Source: Paraspadella gotoi (Eukaryota > Animalia > Chaetognatha). Taken from it: a DNA stretch of 64,000 nt. Where the stretch lies: positions 11,415,113 through 11,479,112 of the forward strand of contig CM119266.1 in the NCBI GenBank assembly GCA_051294375.1, in the 5' to 3' direction. The notes below the pieces were generated by a model. It ran no database searches. It had not been told where the DNA came from and saw only the letters and a program-made list of their open reading frames with translations. The translations under genes were made by a program, and so were the position numbers. Shown here piece after piece: positions 54,807-64,000 of the stretch. How positions within the stretch are numbered: the stretch's first letter is position 1; every line of letters begins with the position of its first letter.

Positions 54807-56419
54807 GTCCAGTCTCTCGAGGCCACGACCTTGTTTTCGATCTCCCGTTCCCACGCGCCCATCTCCCACCTCCACCCCTCTCATGGCGTCTCACGCGGTC
54901 GGTCGACACGAAAAAAGAGAAACTCATTTTTACGCGCGTCATAAAGTCAATTCTGCGAGATGAGGGCGATGTCGTACGCGGTGGCGACGGCGGTGGCGAC
55001 GGCGGCGGCGACGCGGCGGCGACGGCGGCGGTTGCGGCGGTGGCGGCGGCGGCGCGGAAGTGACATAGTGGCGTTGATTGCGGTGGTGCGGACGAGGGCG
55101 AAAATCATTTGACGATCAAAACAGTGCGAAACAGAAAAATGGATTCAAATTTCATAGCCCGAAACCCTGATAAAGATAAAGATAAGAAAATGTATCAGAA
55201 ACTATACAATGCAATACAATGCACATACGTATCTATTGTTTTGCTACCATAGTAAGAGTGTCATCCAAATAATCTATGTGTGTCTTAAATTTTCCTGCAA
55301 TTCTGTCATCCTTATATTTTCCATTTAAATATAACTTTTATTCCTTTTATACCTTTTATACCTTTTATATCTTTTTTTTTCTTTTTAATTTTAATCTATT
55401 TCACTACTTCAAACGGAAACTATTGCATCTACAACATGGAATTGACTATCAAGGTGCTATTTCTTGCATTGGCCGGCAAATTGTTGGGGGATTCTGATTG
55501 ACATCGAGATGAATGTAAGTTAACGGGAAGTTGACTCTTGAGGAGATGACCAATATTCAAAACCATGCAAAAAGCAAAATTTTTCTTCAATTTCTTTGAA
55601 GACAACGTTCACAAGGTTGGAGAAAGCGGAAAAGATGCACATCACCGTTAAGACGGTTACGGTGAGACCTGGCACTTCACGGTGTAAAGACAACGTCCGA
55701 TCGCTCAAACTGCTCTGCTGCAAAAAACTGGGCTGGGGTCCTGAAGGAGTGACAGCATCGGCATCACTGACCCAGGGGATTCCAATGAGAAACGACGTCT
55801 ATTTGGGACGCTACGCGACAAGACCAACCTTCAAGCTCATTTTCGTTTGATAGAATTGTGAATTAAGACTAGGATGAATCTTCTTGTCAATAAATAAAAT
55901 CATAAATTGACATTTGGACAAAAAATTAACATTAAAACAGAATGATAATTTTAAGTATAGCTGTAGTATTACTATTTATCATGATCATCCTAATTTCTAA
56001 CTAACACTTGGAGGCTACGATCCAGATTCCGTAGTGTCCTCGCTACCTGACAGCGCTGTGTCGTGGCAGTAGTGGTGTTGACGAGCCGCACATGGGAGGG
56101 AGCAGCGGCGGCAGCGGCAGGCAGCCACTACGGTATGGCAAAAAATATCTGTGTCTGGAAACGGAAACTTGCAAACGGGAAAACGCATCATAATACTAAT
56201 AAGCTAAAAAAAATCTATCATAGACAATATATATGTCTATACCTTAGGGTTTCGTGATGTAATATTATATATTATTTCCGGGCTTGTCATCGGATTTTTC
56301 ACGCGTGAAAAAAGGATTTGAAGGACTTTCTGGAGCCACCGACATGTGAAGTGATGGTCTAACGGTTAACTGGTTCGAAGAGAGCAACCTGTCAACGAAG
56401 ACTCGCTCAAGGGATTGAG

Positions 56420-59075
56420 TCAAATGACGTTGAAGGCGAAGGGGTTTAAGTACGAGGCTGCGCCTCTCCAGAGGATGGTGATGAAGCGAGGCGGAAGTGT
56501 CAGGCGAAGGCGGTCGATCCCTGCTCGGCGAAGCGGAAAGAAAAAAGAGGAAGGCCGAAGAATAAAGAATAACAACAAGGACGTTGATAACAATGATAAC
56601 AATAACAACAACGGCACGTAGGATGACTGAATTGAAGCTCACAACTATGAGCGAGTTTAAAAAAAAAAAACAAAATCGAAAGCTTGCAGTGACCTGTTAT
56701 GTCATTATATTTGTTAAAAAGCCGTGTCCAAAGTCTGGGGCAGATAGCGCATTTATTAAATGAACGGATAATATTATACTGGTTATACCAATTTTATAAT
56801 CCATTCGACTTTTACCATTATCTCTCCTTAGCTCGCTCCCCTTTTTCCCTTCTCCCATCTCTTCTTCATTGTCTTCCCCATTCCTCCCTTCCCCTCTTTC
56901 TCTCACCTTTTCCTCCCCCTTCCTCTCTCGTCCCTATGTTTCATTTCCAAGCGGCCCGAAAATGCTACGTAACGTCGAACCGTCGAACCGCGAAACCGAC
57001 GTCGTTCGACGATAAAAAACGCGAGGGTCGCTTTACGCAAATTCGAGACCTCAGCTTCGCGCCTGCTGTCGCAGCCGCCGCCAGCCGCCGCAGCCGCACC
57101 CCATCCACCCCCTCTTTCCTCATTCAACCTCCCGTAACATTTTTTTTTTAAGATTTTACGACTCCTCACTTACGGTTACGGTTGTTTTAAAGCCTCTCGC
57201 TTTAATGGCTCCAAAGTAGAAACAGTAATATACAACCATTTTTTTTCTTTAAGAGTGAATATTTTTTTTCTTATTTTTTACATTTCGTTTCAATTTTTTT
57301 TCTTGCTAAGAGAAAAAAAAAACATTATTTTTCGGTCGAAACTGTTACGTCTCTTCGGCGAAGGACCTTTGCCGAGAAACCGGCCGGAAAACGGCGGCGG
57401 TTCCGGATTACAAGGTCGAGTTCTTATTTTTGCCCATCAGCGGGGAGAAACCGAAAGGTTTTTACTTGGTTTTCATATGTCATTTTTTAACATATTTCTA
57501 CTAAATTATTTCCCTATTTTTAGCACGAAAAAAATAGGTTGTTAGGCTTTGTTGTCCAATGTCCATACGTTTTACAAGTCGTTGAAATAAAATTCGTATT
57601 TTAGCATTTACCCAAAAAAAATATTTCCAAACCGCCAAAAAAGAACAGCGAAAAAAAAATATTATCTCGAATGCGACTTATTCATACAGATCTTCGACCC
57701 CGCCCCCCTCCTATTTTTTTTTCTCTCCCGCCATTATATTTTCAACTGACGCCGATTACGAAGACGGCCGACGCTCTCGCCATATGGCAACGTCGGCCTA
57801 GGATGACGACGAAGATGGCAAGGATGGCAAGATGTCAAGAACCCGCCATGAAGTCGACCGTTTCAAAGTGGTTCCAAGCCGTCATCATATTTTATGGGCC
57901 CTCGTTCGAACGGTCTTATCTTTCCTTTGCGTTTCTTGTTGCAAAAGATTGGCTTATTTTTTCTTGTCTCTTCTAAAAATAATTAGAATATAGTATATAG
58001 TGCATCTGTGAGGCGAATCGTCTGCTCGTTGGGAAATAGGATTTAACGTATGTAAAATTATAAATAGCATTTTATACAACACTCTTTTTCTTTTGTGCCC
58101 TGGCGGTGGCCATTTTTTTTTTTTTTTTAAAATAAAACATACTTCAAAAACATTTCTATATATAATATATAAAAAAAGAAATAACGGGCCTGCGATCTCA
58201 GCTCCCATTTTTTCCCCTTCTCCAGCAGCTAAGTCGTTTGTCAAAGTCGCCAAGTCCTTCCAGAACCAAATGCCAACGAAATAAAAATTTTCTCACTCGA
58301 GAAAGGAGCGAACCATACACGAGCTAAAGTCCTTCATATAAAAAAGAAAGAGAAAAAAAAACCGAAATAAATAATGAACGGAAAGCAACTTTATATAGAG
58401 TCGCCTTTTCGCTCTCTCCAACCAACCCCTCATCCTTTGCCCCTTCCCCCCTTGTCCCACTTTCCACCTGCTCCCTTTCCGCCCCCCTCACGCGAGGCCA
58501 AATTGATGGCAGTTCCTCGCCTCATTTCTTATGCGCGCCATTTTTTTTTTCTATCTATTTTCTTTTCTTTTTTTTTCCGTCGCGTGTCGAGACCATTTTT
58601 CAAATACCGAAAGCCAAATCCTCACGGCGAAAAAGGGGACGCCGCCGGAGATTCAGACGCCGGGCTAAGGCTTAAGGCGGCACGGTGGCACCGAGACAGA
58701 CGCCGATCATAAAGTGACTCGATCCTAAAATCCGATTCTAGGTTTGTTTGTCCCGTAAGATAAGGAAAATACTCTGAATTCGGTGAAATTTGCCACCATT
58801 TTGCTTTTTGGATTTTTTCTCTGCTAATGAGGCCAATTTGAATTTTAATTGACCAATGTCGAACTTTAGTGCGTGTATTTTTACGGGTACCTTATTTCGT
58901 CTTTGTTGATGAAAAATTGATAGTACGTAAAATTTTTTGTAATTTTGTCACGATTCACGACCTATTTCAACTCAAGGGTATTGAAAAAAAAATTATCTTA
59001 TGTCTTCGTCAATCATTAATTTGCTCTCTCTCTTTCTCTCCTTTCTCTCTCTCTCTTCTCTTCTCTCTCTCTTCT

Positions 59076-59143
<68 letters not shown>

Positions 59144-60201
59144 ATTCTGAGTCAGACTTTCCACGACCGGACATAGACTTTTCATGTCTTTTCTTGGAGA
59201 CGTCCATCTTCGGATTCTGTGTTCACGTCATTCTCATCCCAAGGCGTTTACTGCCGGCGTTCAACTGTGCTGCTTAAAGTTTGCACAGTGGATGCGAAAA
59301 ATATATAATATTTTTCAACGGTCAATGTCCCTCCCTTTATGGTTTTAAAATATTTGTAGGACTCTTTTTTTTTTCCTTTGCGGATTGCCGTAATTAGGCT
59401 ACAATTTAATTAAATAATGTAAGTTATCAGCTACAATTACATTAAATTCCTTTTTACCTATTGATGCGCCATCAGTGCCAGGAATTCCAAATCGTTGTTG
59501 TCGGAGCAGCACTGGGGACAGTGGGAGGTGTCCTCGGAGGGCCGTCGCGGTCGAGGGATTCCACGAGGTTGCCGAGTCGCTCCACCTCCAACGAAGTGTC
59601 ATCACCGATTTGTGAAGGTCCTTTGTGGGGGGGGAGAGAAAGGAATAAAAGAGAAGGGGCCAGGGGGGATGATATAGTAAAACCTAGTCGTCAAAAAGAA
59701 ATTAAAAGCGTTTATGGTAGAACAATTTTATATATTTTCTTAACAAAAATCGCCTTAATTTATTTCACTTTTTTGATAATACGACCTTGTGATTTTTTAT
59801 TCCGATCTCAAAGGATTGTTCAAATTACTGTGATTGATAAAAGAGTTTTTTTAAATTGTTAACTTCAACTCTATTCGTGACATTTCAGATGACCTCAAAT
59901 TATCGCATGACGATCAATCGGAAAAATATCGCGACCTCGAAATATTTCTATATTTGGAGAATAATTTATTTTTACTTAATGTCAATTCGTATTCCGTTAA
60001 CTTGATAGTATTTTTTTCACCGACACACGAGAATGCTCTAACGTCGGTTCACTGTCACAAAATGACAGTAAATTTACTTTGACCGACTAAACATTAACGA
60101 ACGATTGTGTTCACCTTTGCACTTTAGTCAGGTTTGCTTTCTTAATTCTTAATTTTCTCAACAAAATCTATTTTGTTTCTTTCTCTCTCTCTTCACTCTC
60201 T

Positions 60202-60270
<69 letters not shown>

Positions 60271-60396
60271 TATCGAATCAATCACTCCGATGTTGGATTC
60301 ATCTAGTCACATTCACGGAGCTTTGGATAAACAAGGAGTTTAGAGAATATTCGAGACTATTTTTTTATCTGCTCTAAAAATAGGAAGAAAACCGGC

Positions 60397-60471
<75 letters not shown>

Positions 60472-62726
60472 AATTCAGAATATGCGATGGCTCGTGAGTA
60501 ACGAGGAATTGTAACGTGCATTAATTTAAAATTCTATTATGCGGTTTGAATTCCTATCATCCCGAAAGATCGTATTTTTTGGAATTGTTCCAGGCATATT
60601 TTAAAATGTGACTCTGTAAAAAAAAGAATCTAATTAAATTCTTTTCTTCGATGTTAATCTTTCGGCTCATTTAATTTTTTGCTTTAGACTTTGGCCAAAA
60701 AATCTAAATGGCGAAAAATTACTTATCTAATTACTCTTGAGCTTAAAGTTATACAATATACATTTTAAAACCGGATCACGTTGACACACTAATCGCACTG
60801 TGGCATCACTGGATAAAAATAGTTGTTTGCCTGCATTATCCTAACCTGCCAGTTTTCCTTGTGCCCGTTTCTGGCGTGCTTTTTCGTCTTTTCCGGTTTG
60901 AATCGAAGGTAGTAGGGTTCGTAGTAATATGGGTAAATAAAGGGGATCAGCCTCCATTGGAACTGGGACATTGAAAGTATTTCTGGGAAAAAGAAGTAAG
61001 TCAGTAGTAAGTAAGTAATATACAAAAACGAAACCGTAATTTCTAGAACTTATTTAGTCGTTCGAAAGGAATATTTATGTTAAACTACGGTCGAGTTGCA
61101 AAACTCATTTATTCCTCTTTCCTTCACGTTAAAAAGGCCTGGAATGTATGCAGATAAGGCCACTTTTCTTTCCCCTTTTTTTCCCCCAAATTTTGGCTCG
61201 TAGATCCGAGTGATTTCCGAAACATTTCCCGCGCGCTAATGACGTCGCTCGAATATGCAAAAACCGAGTGGAAAAAATTTAGTGAGATGATTTCCGTGGG
61301 GACGGCGAAACCGGCTGGGAACTTTTTTTTTTCCTGTTTTAACTTTGAAAAGAAATTGGCTGCTTTTCACTGAAAAAAATAGAGAACTTAATCATTCATC
61401 CTAGCCAAAACATATTCATATTTTCGTGGATAGATATTAAATAATCTGCTGGTTTGAACTATTTTTTAAGTATAGCTAAACTAACGGCTTAATTTTTAAA
61501 AAAATAGTCGTTATGCCAGCGAAAAAAAACTATCGAAGTTTCCAAAAATTGAAAAAAAAGAAAAGAAAAACCTAAAAAGGGAAAAAAAAAAAAAAAAAAC
61601 ACGAGCCCTTTTTCTTTGACTCATTTAGCGCGCTCGATTCCCCCCGCGGTGTTTTTTTTTAAACTAAATATACACAAAAACTGGCAGATGAGACGCAACC
61701 AAGTTCACACCGCTGACTAAACCTCACCAAACAGCCTTTCAACCTCCACCTCTCCCGTTCCTCGCTCATCGCGCTCATTCAAGCTCTAACGTGATCTTTC
61801 TAAACACCCACAACGTTTCTAACCTTTTCAACAGCTTTCCCGAATAGAAACCATTTCAGAATTCACGTTACTCGTTCACTACACCCCCTTTTTTTTAAAC
61901 AAAAAAATTATTTGATAATATTTCTGTCGATTTATAATTATCAATCAATTTTCTTTACCCAAAAATTTGGATTTTTTAAGTTGATCAAAGATTTTTTGTT
62001 TTCCTTTATGATTTTTATCCTTTCTCTGTTGGTTTTTTTTTTTTGCCTTTGTTCTTTTTTTTTTTCATAAGATCAAACTCTTTTTTTTTAACTTTATATG
62101 ATTGAAAATTTTTTAAATTATAAACGCGAAAATAATAGGGGAAAAACTGTATGCAATGTCATACTATGCATATGTACGAACAATAGTAATTTTTACAAAC
62201 ACACTCACGCACGGCTTTTCCTAATAAAACCTTTACCCAAAATCCGGGGACGCCGTGACCCCGCGCGCCGTGACGCCCGGTAATGGCCGGCGCCAAAGTT
62301 GACCGCGAAGTCGGAGTCCGGACTCAGCGGCGTCGATGTCGTATTTGTAGCCGAACTTTTTCTGGCGGAGAGTTCGAGCATGGCGGCGTGGCGTGGGCGA
62401 CGCCCGTCTTGCCAATCTGAAGGTGGAAGTTGAAAGCAGCCATTTTAATTTCATCTTAAAATTATATTCAAATCATGGAATGATTTAACGATATATATCT
62501 ATTTCTCAACCTCAAAAATTGAAGTGCTCCAGGGTGAGGTTCGAACTCAACAACCTCCGCATTGCTCGCCACGTTACTGCATATAAGTACGGCGCGCGTG
62601 AACGATTGCGCCACTTGGAGCTACGTCAGGTGGATCGCAAAAATATTTTATCAGAATATACCCCTTTGGCACATTTCCGGTTCTTTACTATCACTTTCAA
62701 GTTACTCTCTCTTCTCTCTTCTCTCT

Positions 62727-62795
<69 letters not shown>

Positions 62796-62953
62796 CTCAC
62801 AATCACGTCGTGAATCCGTGAACCTTCTCCCCTTTGCGTTTGACTTCGTCCTTCAAGAAGTTGAACTCGGGACTTCTGGAAATGTCGATTCGTCCCGGAC
62901 GCATCTTTGACGGTGCGAAGAACCTCCGCCGCTTTCGTCAAGTTGCTCGTATC
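56420..62953 (-). CDS. 3' part of an unidentified multi-exon protein-coding gene (probably continues beyond 63 kb)
   Basis: Exon-like islands with AG/GT ends: ~62801-62953, ~62236-62416, ~60846-60982 (EILSMSQFQWRLIPFIYPYYYEPYYLRFKPEK..ENWQ), ~59458-59620 (DLHKSVMTL.., frameshift noise), 56420-56520 (GIDRLRLTLPPRFITILWRGAASYLNPFAFNVI*). Phases join across the last four. No family recognised. Confidence 0.5.
62525..62621 (-). tRNA. tRNA-Ile-TAT: tRNA-Ile(TAT), intron-containing, with several indels (sequencing noise or pseudogene)
   Basis: Same body and intron type with single-base indels in the stems. Flanks are unique and TTTTT follows downstream. Confidence 0.7.
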
Positions 62954-63142
62954 CTTGGAGCGAAAGTTGAGGGAAGCAGACAATCGAGGTTTAGTTTTAT
63001 TATGATTCGGTATTGATTAACTTCTAGGTACTAGAATCCGTAGATCATCTCCAACAATTTAACTAAGGGAGGAGACTGGAAATGAGTAACATCGCTGGAG
63101 TATCAAGCCATCAGAATCCAAATCGGATCGGATTGTAATAAT

Positions 63143-63146
<4 letters not shown>

Positions 63147-63176
<30 letters not shown>

Positions 63177-63245
63177 TAATAATAATAATAATATAATAAT
63201 AATAATATAAATAATACGATAATAATAGATATAATAATAATAATG
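63147..63245. repeat. (AAT)n microsatellite
   Basis: Direct, slightly degenerate repeat. Confidence 0.9.
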
Positions 63246-63944
63246 GTATAACTATAATTTATAAATGTTTCAAGAAAAGGTTTACTATTTTTAAAGTCCA
63301 ATAAAGAAATAAATTCTTGCAATATCTGTGCGTTCGGGCGCCTCGTCATAATCAATACATTAAAACATGTATGTAACACAACCGTCAACAAAAAGTAAAG
63401 CTGACATTTTAGCGTTTACACCCACTGCGTTCCTCGAATAACTTTCGTCATCTCCCCCCTAAACCAACCACCCCTACCACCCCTCTCAACCCAACTCTTC
63501 ACGACCATCATCGTCGTAATAACGAGCCCTAGCGCGACCGTTACAATGGGAATCAACGCGTTTCGTCGACGCCGTTTACCAGGAGACAACGCCGTCGTCG
63601 CGCCCGTACCGACGATGATGGAGTCCCGGCCGAACCGCGAAATTGGTTCTTTTTTTTAAAAAAAGAAAAAACCTTTTCCGCAAGAAACCGAGGACGAAAA
63701 GGAGGCGGGGAAAATGGGTCCGTCTTTCGTTCAGAGAACGCAGGGAAAGACGGCATTTCTTGAGAAATGCACGACGAAAGAAAAAAAAAAGAAACAGCGA
63801 CTCGGAAATGGGGGTTGGAATAACAAGACCCGGTTTCGCCCCTCGGAGTTGACCGGCCAGCGAGCCGGCTGTTAACGTCGCCGTCTATCGGCGGATTTCG
63901 CACTTGGCGGTTTCTCTCTCTTTTTCTCTCTCTCTCCTCTCTCT

Positions 63945-64000
<56 letters not shown>

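Noticed and set aside
56940-57900. GC-rich islands with short plus-strand open frames
   Set aside because: No consistent exon chain or recognisable motif, so a nested gene cannot be supported.

Overview
Eukaryotic DNA, most likely an invertebrate animal: GC/CpG-rich exons, AT-rich GT-AG introns and dense (AG)n, (GAC)n and (GAAA)n microsatellites. It is a draft assembly with N-gaps and indel-rich stretches that look like uncorrected long-read sequence. Manual splicing gives five protein-coding genes: (1) a TMEM63/OSCA (CSC1-like) mechanosensitive channel, minus strand, 3415-23507, whose ~11 kb intron holds a frameshifted BEL/Pao LTR retrotransposon; (2) a head-to-head GT49 (LARGE/B4GAT1-type) glycosyltransferase, plus strand, ~25428-37315, with a putative carbohydrate-binding beta-sandwich; (3) a complete secreted 2xLDLa + trypsin-like protease, plus strand, 38939-43029; (4) a minus-strand gene, 43774-~49724, that may be a very divergent small heat-shock protein; (5) the 3' part of an unidentified minus-strand gene, 56420 to beyond 62950. 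Four intron-containing tRNA-Ile(TAT) copies sit inside introns. Two noisy tandem duplications are probably assembly artefacts. I see no demonstrably new multi-gene system. The best leads are an unusually structured ~265-nt intronic element (40226-40490), a hairpin-rich tRNA-derived SINE, the split alpha-crystallin-like gene, the CBM-GT49 architecture and the twin CxCxC pro-region of the protease.
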